This document shows positions 9,344-19,088 of a stretch of DNA of 32,000 nt, in pieces. Source of the stretch: Alkalinema sp. FACHB-956 (lineage in GTDB: Bacteria > Cyanobacteriota > Cyanobacteriia > Leptolyngbyales > Leptolyngbyaceae); contig NZ_JACJRC010000019.1 in the NCBI RefSeq assembly GCF_014697025.1, forward strand, positions 69,081 through 101,080, given 5' to 3'. The notes under the pieces are model-generated. The model saw nothing but the letters and a program-made list of their open reading frames with translations, made no database searches and was not told the origin of the DNA. Both the position numbers and the translations under genes were made by a program. Every line of letters starts with the position of its first letter. The stretch's first letter is position 1.

Positions 9344-9461
9344 GCCATTCTTCTAGGAAGGCAGATAGGAAGCCAGGTAGAAAACCAGGTAGGAAGCCAG
9401 GGTTCGCACAGTAGAGGTTGCCACCCATCTACTTTCCCACCCATCCACTCTCCCACCCCCT

Positions 9462-10115
9462 CTACTTGCTGCTGTAAATGTCCCCCAGCCGATTGAAGGG
9501 GAAAAAGCGCACCCAAGCTCGCCCGATAATGTTCTGCCGGGGCAAAAATCCCCAGGCATGGGAATCGTTGCTGTTATTACGGTTATCCCCCATGACGAAG
9601 TAATAGTTGTCTGGCACTTGGAAACTCTCGCCTTCCTTCAGTCCTTTGGAAAATAAGAAGGAACAAAAATCCTGGCCGCGCGGAACTAAGGGAACTTGAC
9701 TCGGACAGTTATAGGCGGGAGGTTCAGCAATGTAGGGTTCCGCGATCGGCTGACCATCGATCGACACTTTGCCTTGATAAACGCCCACGCGATTGCCCGG
9801 TTGGCCGATGATGCGTTTGATCAGGGCTTGATCTTTACCATAGCCCTGGCGCTGTAAGGGTTCGGGGGCACTAAAGACCACAATATCCCCAGTTTGAGGG
9901 GGATGGAACCAATAGGAAACCTTCTCAACAATCAAGCGATCGTCGGTCAACAAGGTTGGCACCATGGAATCGGAGGGAATGAATCGCGGTTCTGCAATAA
10001 AGGTGCGAACCAATAACGCCACAATCAGCGCGATCACGACAATCTGAATATTTTCCCAAACGGACTTCCAACGGTCAGTCCGGTCTGAATTGGATGAATT
10101 GGGGTTATTCGCCAT
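9462..10115 (-). CDS. lepB: Signal peptidase I
   Basis: An N-terminal TM segment is followed by SDSMVPTL (catalytic Ser box), LIKRIIGQPGN (Lys box) and GDNRNNSNDSH. Confidence 0.93.
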   Translation of the reverse strand: MANNPNSSNSDRTDRWKSVWENIQIVVIALIVALLVRTFIAEPRFIPSDSMVPTLLTDDRLIVEKVSYWFHPPQTGDIVVFSAPEPLQRQGYGKDQALIKRIIGQPGNRVGVYQGKVSIDGQPIAEPYIAEPPAYNCPSQVPLVPRGQDFCSFLFSKGLKEGESFQVPDNYYFVMGDNRNNSNDSHAWGFLPRQNIIGRAWVRFFPFNRLGDIYSSK

Positions 10116-10522
10116 AGTTCAACCTAACAACTACTGTCGGATTTCTGAGTCTGGGGTTTCTGCCGCTTCTAGATCGCCAGACTGAAGCCACTGAAGCCAA
10201 ACAGTCAACTTACCAACAGCCACAATCTATATCAGAAGAATTCAATCATCTGCCATTATCCCGTGCCTTGCCGAATATTCCGCGAAAAAGACCGTCGATC
10301 GAGGGTGAACAAAATTTACGGTTGCGAAGATTTTCTGAGTTTCTCGGCCCATCCCAGAAACTGCGTTGCAAAATGGTACGTAAATCAGGAGTCACAAGAA
10401 TTGGGTGGGTAGTTAGCCCTCACAGAGGATCTCCTGGGAGACTTCCGATCGTCTCTAGTCGTCCTCTCACCATCGTCATTACTGTATCTACTTTTAAGCC
10501 ATAGGAAATTAGGGAAGAAACG

Positions 10523-11146
10523 ATGACTTTTACCGCAGACCAGCTCACAAGACTTCGCGATAATCTAGACGGCTTAGGCTATCCCATGGGGCCTCGCGGT
10601 CTGTTTGGCATTGGCAATGAGCAAAATGCCTTTGATGCGGCGGCCTTAGGGGGCGGCAGCATTACTGCCAATAATTCCATGCGGAGTATCAAGGTTCTGG
10701 ATGCCTATACCCGATCGGCGATCTATCAATTCCAGCGCGATCGGCAACTGACCGCCGATGGTAAGTTCAGTGCGGATCTCTTGACGCAGGTGGATGGCAT
10801 AGTCCGCAACTTACAAAACAACTTGAAACTAGTCCTGAAAAAAAGTGACTTACCGCTAACGGGCTATTACGGGATCCAAACCTTCCAGGGCGTCAAGGAA
10901 TACCAAAAAGCCAAGGGTTTACCCATCACTGGAATTGCCACCCCAGCGATTCAACGGCAACTGAATGACGAAGCCAGAAAGTTGGCTGGGAAACCCACAA
11001 CCGGCGGATCGACCACACCCCCAGCCGTGGCTCCCAATGACGCAGTAACAAAACTGGCAGCGCTGTCCAGCATCAAGCGCCGCTACCAAAACGGGGATAT
11101 TCTCACCGACGATTTTGTTAAAGAAGTGATTCAAGCGATTCCCTAG
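10523..11146 (+). CDS. Peptidoglycan-binding (PG_binding_1-like) domain protein
   Basis: Two repeats follow the pattern ..YQFQRDRQLTADGKF.. and ..VKEYQKAKGLPITGIATPAIQRQL.., characteristic of PG-binding domains. Confidence 0.75.
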   Translation: MTFTADQLTRLRDNLDGLGYPMGPRGLFGIGNEQNAFDAAALGGGSITANNSMRSIKVLDAYTRSAIYQFQRDRQLTADGKFSADLLTQVDGIVRNLQNNLKLVLKKSDLPLTGYYGIQTFQGVKEYQKAKGLPITGIATPAIQRQLNDEARKLAGKPTTGGSTTPPAVAPNDAVTKLAALSSIKRRYQNGDILTDDFVKEVIQAIP

Positions 11147-11188
11147 AACCCAATCAACTTGTGATTGCAATCCATCGCGATCCCTCTC

Positions 11189-11236
11189 AATCCCCCTATC
11201 TCCTTCGGAGAGGCTACGTCAAGGAAAAGGGGGATT
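11189..11236. terminator. Nested hairpin between convergent genes (probable bidirectional terminator)
   Basis: The outer 9-bp stem is AATCCCCCT (11189-11197) with AGGGGGATT (11228-11236). The inner hairpin is TCTCC-TTC-GGAGA. It lies between the stops of 10523-11146 (+) and 11287-12381 (-). Confidence 0.5.
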
Positions 11237-11286
11237 TTGCAAGAATTTACGTAAATTCTCTACTTTTTTCCAGCACAGCGATCGGC

Positions 11287-12381
11287 TTACCAGGGACAGG
11301 TTGACGGATCGGCGCTACATCCCATGCGCTGAATGGTATTCTGCTCAAATTGGTCAATGGCTAGGGTCGGCGTGTCATTGTTCAGAAAACGTCCGGTGAG
11401 GAGTAGGACGGTTAAAGGATCCGCCAGTCCTGTTGCTTTGAGTTTGACGGTGCTTTGGAAGCTGCGAATGCCGTCAGCATCGGGGCTAAATCCTAGTTTC
11501 TTCAGAGAGCGATCGATCTGGGACTGGGTTAGTACAACTTCATTGGGCCGAAAGATGGGGACATACTCCTGTCGCCAGCGCGATTGGAGTTCCTCCTGCG
11601 TCCAACTGTAATAGCGGCCTTGGGCGGGATCGGCAACAACGACATGATCCTGATCCATTGCCATCAGGGCAACGGCATGGGGTAATCTGCGCCACCCTGC
11701 CCCTAGCCAGACGGATAACAAACCGGGGCGATTAATCTTCCAGAGCTGCTCCCAGGTGGCTTGGGTGACTTCCAATCCCGTTAGCCCAAAGCCTTGGGCG
11801 GCTTTGATCACCTGCGGATTGGACGTTCCCATACGACTGGTTCCGGCCAGTTGCGCCACTTTGGATTCCGTGGCTTGGGTCATCCCCCAGCGTTGCAGCA
11901 AGGTGGCCAAGGCAGAGGGAGCACAGCTACTGGCAGAGGTTTGCTTAAAAACCTGATTGGGCCGCAGGTTGTTTTTCAGTTCGCCATAGATCGGTGACAG
12001 GTAGTAGGATTCCACCACGGTAAAACTGATTAAGCCGATTAAGCTCACAGCAACGATCGCGCCCAATTGGACCCGTGCGGTTTTCCAGCTAATGGCGATC
12101 GCAAAGCCACAGGCTCCGATTAACAAAACTCGGATCATCAGCCAAGTAATCCGCATTCCCACCACGCGCCAATCCAACGGGAAAAATTGCATCTGCGGCA
12201 AATTCACTGCCAGAAATAGCAACAACCCATAGATCAGAATAATGATCCAGGTTTGCCATTCCTGTCCCTTGAGCAAGTCGTTAGCCGTTGCCCCACGACG
12301 CAACATCAACTGGCCGAGGCGCGTGCCCCCATAAAAAAATACGGCTCCCAACGCTAGCGTGGCCGGAACAATCCACAGCAT
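11287..12381 (-). CDS. Membrane-anchored peptidase C39-like cysteine protease with a C-terminal PG-binding-like domain
   Basis: The N-terminal ~140 aa are hydrophobic. SASSCAPSALATLLQRWG supplies the C39-like Cys and HAVALMAMDQDHVVVADP the His. The C-terminus, LKKLGFSPDADGIRSFQSTVKLKATGLADP, resembles PG_binding_1. Confidence 0.7.
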   Translation of the reverse strand: MLWIVPATLALGAVFFYGGTRLGQLMLRRGATANDLLKGQEWQTWIIILIYGLLLFLAVNLPQMQFFPLDWRVVGMRITWLMIRVLLIGACGFAIAISWKTARVQLGAIVAVSLIGLISFTVVESYYLSPIYGELKNNLRPNQVFKQTSASSCAPSALATLLQRWGMTQATESKVAQLAGTSRMGTSNPQVIKAAQGFGLTGLEVTQATWEQLWKINRPGLLSVWLGAGWRRLPHAVALMAMDQDHVVVADPAQGRYYSWTQEELQSRWRQEYVPIFRPNEVVLTQSQIDRSLKKLGFSPDADGIRSFQSTVKLKATGLADPLTVLLLTGRFLNNDTPTLAIDQFEQNTIQRMGCSADPSTCPW

Positions 12382-12553
12382 GAACTCTTTTTCCTAGATT
12401 TGCACCATTCCTGTCTTAGCCTGAGAGTTCCCCAGTTGCCCATAGGAGATGACATCCTTTGGTTTGCGGCTCTCGATCGATCTCAACGAAACCTGCTGCT
12501 ATCTGGTGAACTTGCTATTCTGAATGAGGTGAATCCATCGATCGGTATCTCCT

Positions 12554-13612
12554 GTGCAACGGCGTCAATTTCTTCAACAACTTTTACAAACTTCTGGGGG
12601 CTTGATTGGAGCGAGCTTGCTCACGGGCTGTCAATCCCAAAGCATTGATCCGCTCTTTTTAATGGATTTGCTTGATCCCAAAATGCCCTTACCGGATCAT
12701 CTGATTACCCCGATCGGTGAGTTTTATGTGCAATCCTATGCACTGCCCTCCCAGGTGAAGTTGGAAAACTGGGAACTCAAAATTGATGGAGCGGTCAAGC
12801 AACCCTTGACGTTGAAATTTGACGATATTTTAAACGCACCCCAGGAAGAGTTCTATCTCACGATGGAATGCATTGGCAATCCGGCGGGGGGTAACTTGAT
12901 CGGCAATGCCCGGTGGACGGGGACACCGCTGCTACCGTTTTTGGAAAAAGCGGGCGTGCAACCGGAGGCGGTGGAGTTCAAAATGCGGGGCAATGACTGG
13001 TACGAAACCACGTTGCCTGTGGCGGAGTTGCTGCGGCCTGAGGTGCGGTTGGTGCATCGCATGAATGGCGAACCGTTGACCAAGGAGCATGGCTTTCCGT
13101 TGCGCATTATCATTCCGGGCCACTTTGGCCAGAAGCAACCGAAATGGCTGGTGGGCATTAAGGCGATCGCGAAGCCAGAAACGGGCTATTGGGAAAATCA
13201 AGGCTGGTCGAATACGGCGGAAATTCCGACCCATGCGTTGCTGCGGCAAGTACAGGAGCAGCGGGTGTGGAATGGCCATCACAGCGTGACGTTTAAAGAC
13301 GAGCTAACGAACCTAACGAATCATTGGCGCGATGGCATTTTGCTGGCGGGAGTGGCCCTCGATCGATCGACGCCCATTACCCAAGTCCAAGTCAGTGTCG
13401 ATAACGGTCAAACCTGGCAAGTTGCAGAACACAATCAGCCCAGTTCTCCCCATGAATGGACATTGTGGCGTTACCGTTGGTTACCCGATCGTCCGGGGAA
13501 ATATACCGTTCTGGCACGGGCGCAGTCGGGGCGGGAAATGCAAGAGATTACCCGATCGGATAAAAAGCAAGGTAGACCCGGTATTTTAAAAATCGATGTC
13601 ACACTTGCATAA
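12554..13612 (+). CDS. Molybdopterin-dependent (sulfite-oxidase-family) oxidoreductase with a Tat signal
   Basis: GTG start. It has a twin-arginine signal (QRRQFLQQLL) plus MECIGNPAGG and GFPLRIIIPGHFGQKQPKWL, typical of the Moco-binding oxidoreductase domain. Confidence 0.85.
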   Translation: MQRRQFLQQLLQTSGGLIGASLLTGCQSQSIDPLFLMDLLDPKMPLPDHLITPIGEFYVQSYALPSQVKLENWELKIDGAVKQPLTLKFDDILNAPQEEFYLTMECIGNPAGGNLIGNARWTGTPLLPFLEKAGVQPEAVEFKMRGNDWYETTLPVAELLRPEVRLVHRMNGEPLTKEHGFPLRIIIPGHFGQKQPKWLVGIKAIAKPETGYWENQGWSNTAEIPTHALLRQVQEQRVWNGHHSVTFKDELTNLTNHWRDGILLAGVALDRSTPITQVQVSVDNGQTWQVAEHNQPSSPHEWTLWRYRWLPDRPGKYTVLARAQSGREMQEITRSDKKQGRPGILKIDVTLA

Positions 13613-13621
13613 TTCCGATTA

Positions 13622-13655
13622 GTCGCCAATTGGTCGCCAATTGGTCGCCAGATTG
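13622..13655. repeat. 11-bp x3 tandem repeat directly after the oxidoreductase stop codon
   Basis: The units are GTCGCCAATTG, GTCGCCAATTG and GTCGCCAGATTG. Confidence 0.85.
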
Positions 13656-14013
13656 ATTATCTGAAGTTCATTTAAGCGATCCTCTAGTATTCCGGTATTA
13701 ATCATGAATTTATTCTAATTAATGCCTTCACTAGCACTATTTTGAGTACATTAAAGTCTCATCTAAACATAGCAAAATTAATCATTGAGATTGTTGCAAC
13801 TTTACTTTGAATTCAATTTATTCTGATGTCAGAATGATCCATTACTCAAAACCGAAAATTTACGACTGCTCCGCGCTTCGATCGTCCCTTCGATCGTTAG
13901 CAGAGGATTCCACCCCCTCGTCCCTAACTTTTCCTCTCAAAATCTGCCAAAAGTCTGTTATAAGAGAGTCCTAAGGTAATGGCATCCAAGCATGGCAGCA
14001 GAGGAGCACGGCA

Positions 14014-16269
14014 ATGGACTGGAAGGAGTGGCCGCAGCGCAAATTAGTCGGAACCATCATCGTCGGGCTGGGGATTGCCTCCTTTGGAGTGGGTGCCCTG
14101 GTTTCTACAACCGTCAAAACGGATCCGAATGGTCGTTTTCAATTCATGGGGATCACCAGTCCTTTCCCCAACGGCAGTCATTCAGGTTCTAGCAACGCCA
14201 TTGGTGCACCCAGTGCAGTCAGCCCGCTGATCACCAATCGACCCTCCCCGCAACGCACCGAAGCACTCCAAAAATTTGCCAACGCCGCTCAACCCTCCCT
14301 CGATCGCAACCGTGCCCGCTACCTCCTCGCCCATACGGCCCTCGAAGCGGGGCAAGCCCAAGCCGCGATCGACCTCCTGAAAGATCTAGAAACCCACTAC
14401 CGTCCCATGGCTGCCTCCGTCCTTTTGCAGCAGGGTCGCGCCCAGGAAGCGGCTGGGCAGAAAGAACCGGCGATCGCGGCCTATCAATCCATCCTGCAAC
14501 AATTTCCCAAAGATCCGGCGGCGGCGGAAGCCCTGTTTAACTTAGGTAAAATTCTCGGAAAATCTGGCGAACAACATTGGAATCAGGCGATCGCCCAATT
14601 TCCCAGCCATCCCCGCGCGATCGACATTGCCAAACTGCGGTTACAGGAGAACCCCAAACAGGACAGCCCCAAACTGTTTCCCATGCAGTTGCATCTCGCC
14701 AAGTACGACTACGAAACGCGGGACTACGCCAGCCGGACGGAAAAATTCCTGCAAACCTATAGTAAACAACTGAAACCGGAGGATTGGGCCGCGATCGCCT
14801 TTGGCCTCTGGGAAAATCAGAAATACGACCTCGCCGCTGCGGCCTATGCCCGCGCCCCGGAAACGGCTTTAACGGCTTACCGGGCTGCACGGGGCTTGCA
14901 TTTGACCGGACAATCGGGCAGTCAGCAACGCTATCAAGCCGTTGTGCAGAAATACCCCAAGACGCCCGAAGCGGGACTGGCACTGACCCGACTGGCCCAA
15001 CTGGCGGAAAAACCCCAGGACGCGATCGCCTATCTCGATCAAGTGATTGGCCATTATCCAGATAAAACCCCAGAGGCGATCGCCAGTAAGGCCGATGCCT
15101 TGGAGAAACTCAACAGTCTCCAATCCGCCAGTCAACTGCGGCAATTGCTCCTGCAACAGCATTCCAATAGTGAAGCTGCTGCCGAACTGCGCTGGAAAAT
15201 TGCCCAAGACCAAGCCAAAGGCGGCAAACTTCCTGCGGCGCAGCAGTGGATCGAAGCCATTTTGAAGGACAACCCCACGAGCCCGATCGCGGCCAAGGCG
15301 GGCTTTTGGGGCGGGAAATGGGCGCAACAATCCGGCCAAAGCCAGCAGGCATCCAATCATTACCAAGCCGTGATTAAACTGCATCCGGAATCCTATTACG
15401 CTTGGCGATCGGCGTCGCGGCTGGGTTGGGATGTGGGCGATTTCGATAACGTACGTCAGTTACAACCGGCGATCGTGCGGCCAAAGGTGCGCGATTCCCT
15501 GCCAGCGGGGTCAGACACGCTCCGGGAACTGCACCACCTGGGCTTCGATCGGGACGCTTGGAGCTATTGGCAAGTGGAATTCCAAAACCGGCAACAGCCC
15601 AGCGTGGCGGAACAGTTTACCGATGGAGTGATGCGTCTGGGCGTGGGCGATAACCTGGATGGAATGTTTATGATATCCAACTTGAACGATCGGGAAGCCG
15701 CCAACGATCGGCAACAGGTGGCCACTTTGCGGAAAGATGCCAGCTATTGGCAAGCGCTCTATCCCTTCCCCTACATGGCGCAGATCGAGTCTTGGTCGCG
15801 GCAACGGCAACTGAACCCGATGTTAGTCACGGCCCTAATCCGCCAGGAATCCCGCTTTGAGCCGCAGATTAAATCGTCGGTGGGTGCAACGGGGTTAATG
15901 CAGGTCATGCCCGAGACGGCCAGTTACATCGCCAGCCAAATCAAGTTAAAGGAATACAAACTCGATCGACCGGAGGACAACATCAAGCTAGGCACTTGGT
16001 ATCTGAACTACACCCACCAGGAATATTCCGGGAATTCCATGTTGGCAGTCGCGAGTTATAACGCAGGCCCCGGTGCGGTGGGAGGCTGGCTAGCGAAAAG
16101 TAAGACCCAGGATGCTGATGAATTTGTGGAAGCGATTCCCTACGCAGAGACGAAGGGCTATGTGAAGTCCGTCTTTGAGAATTACTGGAACTATTTACGA
16201 TTGTATAACCCCACCATTGCCCAAAAGGTTGCACAAGTTTCACCGAACCATCCCCGTGAATTATTTTAG
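14014..16269 (+). CDS. Soluble lytic murein transglycosylase (Slt70-like) with an N-terminal anchor and a TPR-like superhelical region
   Basis: 751-aa ORF. The C-terminal SLT domain has the motifs LIRQESRFEP (catalytic Glu), GLMQVMPETA and SYNAGPGAV. The antisense ORFs within it are discounted. Confidence 0.9.
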   Translation: MDWKEWPQRKLVGTIIVGLGIASFGVGALVSTTVKTDPNGRFQFMGITSPFPNGSHSGSSNAIGAPSAVSPLITNRPSPQRTEALQKFANAAQPSLDRNRARYLLAHTALEAGQAQAAIDLLKDLETHYRPMAASVLLQQGRAQEAAGQKEPAIAAYQSILQQFPKDPAAAEALFNLGKILGKSGEQHWNQAIAQFPSHPRAIDIAKLRLQENPKQDSPKLFPMQLHLAKYDYETRDYASRTEKFLQTYSKQLKPEDWAAIAFGLWENQKYDLAAAAYARAPETALTAYRAARGLHLTGQSGSQQRYQAVVQKYPKTPEAGLALTRLAQLAEKPQDAIAYLDQVIGHYPDKTPEAIASKADALEKLNSLQSASQLRQLLLQQHSNSEAAAELRWKIAQDQAKGGKLPAAQQWIEAILKDNPTSPIAAKAGFWGGKWAQQSGQSQQASNHYQAVIKLHPESYYAWRSASRLGWDVGDFDNVRQLQPAIVRPKVRDSLPAGSDTLRELHHLGFDRDAWSYWQVEFQNRQQPSVAEQFTDGVMRLGVGDNLDGMFMISNLNDREAANDRQQVATLRKDASYWQALYPFPYMAQIESWSRQRQLNPMLVTALIRQESRFEPQIKSSVGATGLMQVMPETASYIASQIKLKEYKLDRPEDNIKLGTWYLNYTHQEYSGNSMLAVASYNAGPGAVGGWLAKSKTQDADEFVEAIPYAETKGYVKSVFENYWNYLRLYNPTIAQKVAQVSPNHPRELF

Positions 16270-16280
16270 AGAAGTGAGGT

Positions 16281-17471
16281 GTGGCATTGTCCCGATCGTC
16301 GCTCGTTGCCTGGAAATCCGTGTTTGGCCTTGCCGCTGTGCAGGGAGCCATTACGCTAACTTGGGTGATTTATAACCTGTATGTTCCCAACCTACTGGAA
16401 CAGGTTGGTTTACCGAAAATTGTTGGACTCTATTTACTAGCCTTTGAAAATTTCCTGGCGATCGGGTTGGAACCGCTGATGGGAAGTTTATCCGATCGGC
16501 AAAGAACCTGGTTGGGCGTTCGGTTTCCCTTTGTGTTTCTGGGCATGATTGCCGCAGCGGTGTGCTTCATTGCGATTCCCGCTTGGGCGTTTTTAGGCAG
16601 TGCTACGACGGTATTGCAATGGCTAGTACCGATCGGGTTGTTGGCTTGGGCGATCGCGATGGCGATTTTTCGCAGCCCTGTGTTGGGGTTACTGGGGCAG
16701 TATGCGATGACCAGTGGACTCCCCCAGGCAGCTAGTATTCTAACCTTAGCAGGGCTCATTTCAGGACTCTTCACATTGCCAGCCTATCGCAAGATTTTGC
16801 TGAATTTGGGGCCATTGGGAGCCTTTGGCTTGGGGTCCCTGTCGTTGCTCCTCACCGCCTTTGTGCTGAATCAAGCCCAGCCAGAAACCCAGGTGAATCC
16901 AGCGGAGATCGCGGGCTCCAGCCATCGATCGATGTCCTACAAACGCTTAGGGCTCCTTGTAGCTGTAGGGTTGGGTTTGGGATTGGGGACGGTGGGAATG
17001 CGCAGGGTGATTCAACCCAGTCCTGATAGTGTGTTTCTGTTAAATCTCTTCACGTTGACTCAACTGATCAGCGTTTTACCTACGGGCTATTTGGCTTCTC
17101 GATGGGGAAATCGTCGATCGATGGTATTGGCGCTAGCAACTATTCCCCTGTGGATTGCAGGTTTACTCATTCCCTACTTGGGTATACAGGTGTTGTCTGT
17201 GATTGCATTGGGCTGTGTGTTCGGGGTGCTGTTAAACGGAGCGATTCCCTTTGCACTGGCCCAAGTACCTGTCGCCAAAGCGGGATTGGGGGTTGGCCTC
17301 TATTTTGCAGGTCGTTCCGCTGCCGATAGCTTATTTAACTTCCTCCTCGCACAGATAGGTAGTTTCCCGACGGAAATCAACGCGATCGGGAGTATTCTGG
17401 CTTTTGCGGGGGCAGGATTTTGCATTCTGTTAACCCGCGATCGGCGGAATCTTGGATCGGCAGAATCATGA
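16281..17471 (+). CDS. MFS-type transporter (about 12 TM segments)
   Basis: 396-aa hydrophobic ORF with a GTG start. It shows a two-halves organisation with a central hydrophilic loop and an SDRQRTWLGVRFPF loop motif after TM2. Confidence 0.75.
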   Translation: MALSRSSLVAWKSVFGLAAVQGAITLTWVIYNLYVPNLLEQVGLPKIVGLYLLAFENFLAIGLEPLMGSLSDRQRTWLGVRFPFVFLGMIAAAVCFIAIPAWAFLGSATTVLQWLVPIGLLAWAIAMAIFRSPVLGLLGQYAMTSGLPQAASILTLAGLISGLFTLPAYRKILLNLGPLGAFGLGSLSLLLTAFVLNQAQPETQVNPAEIAGSSHRSMSYKRLGLLVAVGLGLGLGTVGMRRVIQPSPDSVFLLNLFTLTQLISVLPTGYLASRWGNRRSMVLALATIPLWIAGLLIPYLGIQVLSVIALGCVFGVLLNGAIPFALAQVPVAKAGLGVGLYFAGRSAADSLFNFLLAQIGSFPTEINAIGSILAFAGAGFCILLTRDRRNLGSAES

Positions 17472-17494
17472 GCGGGGAGCCATAATAAGATGAC

Positions 17495-17546
17495 GGGGCT
17501 GAGTTATGGGGCTGAGTTATGGGGCTGAGTTATGGGGCTGAGCTAC
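17495..17546. repeat. 13-bp x4 tandem repeat downstream of the MFS gene
   Basis: GGGGCTGAGTTAT occurs three times perfectly, followed by GGGGCTGAGCTAC. Confidence 0.9.
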
Positions 17547-17644
17547 AGGCAAGAACAGGCCAGCTCACGGAGGGAGAGTCCGTCATGCCGAACGATCGCC
17601 GATTTGGGTAGGATGGTTGAGAGACATTTGCATGGTTGAACGGT

Positions 17645-19039
17645 ATGGCTGATCTATCTTTAGACGCAATTCGGACAGAAGCCCTTGAACACATCGCTGC
17701 CGGAGCCTACGATCGCGCCATTACGCTCCTCTCAGAGACGATCGCCCATCAACCACCCAACAGCCAAATCTATCTCACCCGAGGTTCCGCCTACTGCGAC
17801 CTAGGCCGCTACGACGACGCGATCGCTGATTTTACCCATGTCCTACAAATCGGTGACGAACCCGCCTTCGCCCACCGGGGTCTAGGCATTGCCTACTACA
17901 AATTAGGCCGATTCCACGATGCGATCGCGGCCCAAACCGAGGCCATTCGCCATAACCCCAACTACGCCGATGCCTATAGTGATCGGGGCCTTGTCCATTC
18001 TGACCTAGGCGAATTTGATACGGCGATCGCTGACCTCAGCCAAGCGATCGTCTGCGATCCCAACTTTGATATTGCTTACGTAAACCGAGGCCGTGCCTAT
18101 GCCAGCGTAGGCGATTTACAACGGGCGTTACTCGATTTCAACCAAGCCATTCTCCTCAACAATCAATTTGCTGTTGCCTATTACAATCGCGGTCGTGTTT
18201 ATCGGGATATGCGCGAATTTAGCAAAGCTCTCACCGATTTCGACCAAGCCCTTACCCTGCAAAACAACCTCGCCCCCGCCCACCTAGAGCGCGGAAAACT
18301 CTACGAACATCGCCGCGACACCGCCAAAGCCTTCCAGGACTACACCGCCGCTTTGACTCTCAGCCCCACCTTCGCGGAAGCATATCTCTGTCGAGGCAAC
18401 CTCTACGCCAAATCGGGAGATCTCTCTGCCGCGATCGCTGATTACACCCAAGGGCTCATCCATCAACCGCAATCGGCAGCACTCTATTTTAATCGCGGAT
18501 TGGCTTATCACTATCTCAGAAACTGGAATGAAGCCCTGCAAGATTACAACCAAGCGATCACGATCGACGCAGATAATGCAATGGTTTATTTAAATCTAGG
18601 AATTACCCAAGCGGCTCAAGGCAATCATCATGGCGCAATCGCATCGTTCAATCAAACCATTCAACTCGACCCCGGTCTGGCAGAAGCTTACTATTGTCGA
18701 GGACTGGCCCAGGGTCAACATCAAAATTTTCAAGCGGAAATCGACGACTACACCCAAACCTTACAGCTCGAACCCACCTATTTACCCGCTTGGATTAATC
18801 GCGGCAATGCCCACTTTCGGCAGGCACGCTACGAAGTGGCCCTCGCGGACTATCAACAGGCCAGTCGGCTAGCCCCCAACGATGCCCTTGCCTATGCCAA
18901 CCAAGGCCGTGCCCTAACGCAATTGGGCGATCGCGCCACCGCAAAAGATCAATTCCAACTCGCCGCCCAACTGGCTTTTAAACAAAATAATTTGGCGCTC
19001 CACCGTCAAATTCTCCAGGAACTCCAGCAACTGTCGTGA
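17645..19039 (+). CDS. Tetratricopeptide-repeat protein (about 12 TPR units)
   Basis: The 34-aa periodicity is regular, with the A..Y..RG.aY..lG.y..Ai.D...Al.l.P signature repeated throughout. ATG at 17645 is preferred over TTG at 17636. Confidence 0.9.
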   Translation: MADLSLDAIRTEALEHIAAGAYDRAITLLSETIAHQPPNSQIYLTRGSAYCDLGRYDDAIADFTHVLQIGDEPAFAHRGLGIAYYKLGRFHDAIAAQTEAIRHNPNYADAYSDRGLVHSDLGEFDTAIADLSQAIVCDPNFDIAYVNRGRAYASVGDLQRALLDFNQAILLNNQFAVAYYNRGRVYRDMREFSKALTDFDQALTLQNNLAPAHLERGKLYEHRRDTAKAFQDYTAALTLSPTFAEAYLCRGNLYAKSGDLSAAIADYTQGLIHQPQSAALYFNRGLAYHYLRNWNEALQDYNQAITIDADNAMVYLNLGITQAAQGNHHGAIASFNQTIQLDPGLAEAYYCRGLAQGQHQNFQAEIDDYTQTLQLEPTYLPAWINRGNAHFRQARYEVALADYQQASRLAPNDALAYANQGRALTQLGDRATAKDQFQLAAQLAFKQNNLALHRQILQELQQLS

Positions 19040-19088
19040 AAGTCTCACTGTTCCAAGCACTCAGGCTCAAGCCAAGGAGATCTCGATC

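Noticed and set aside
9344-9461. Low-complexity repeats between the FIST gene and lepB (AGGAAGCCAGG x2, CCAGGTAG x2 (AGGTAG x3), CCCACCCATC-like x2)
   Set aside because: The repeats are short, degenerate and without a convincing hairpin or coding potential. This is probably just a spacer between convergent genes, and I could not support a terminator call.
10268-10504. 78-aa ORF in the lepB / PG-binding intergenic region
   Set aside because: It has a TTG start without an SD, a basic low-complexity sequence and no recognisable motif. The region more plausibly holds the divergent promoters.
14537-15810. Several antisense or alternative-frame ORFs inside the lytic transglycosylase gene (for example 14869-15384, 171 aa)
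   Set aside because: The sense frame is continuous for 751 aa with SLT catalytic motifs. The others are Arg/Pro/Gly-rich shadows typical of GC-rich coding DNA. The same reasoning applies to the shadow ORFs inside mutL, glmM, glnA and the radical SAM gene.
7317-17546. Whether any of the short tandem repeats (7317, 13622, 17495, also 251 and 2140) form a CRISPR array
   Set aside because: The units are 11-23 bp and directly abutting, with no unique spacers. The copy number is 2-4 and no cas genes are present. They are simple tandem duplications.
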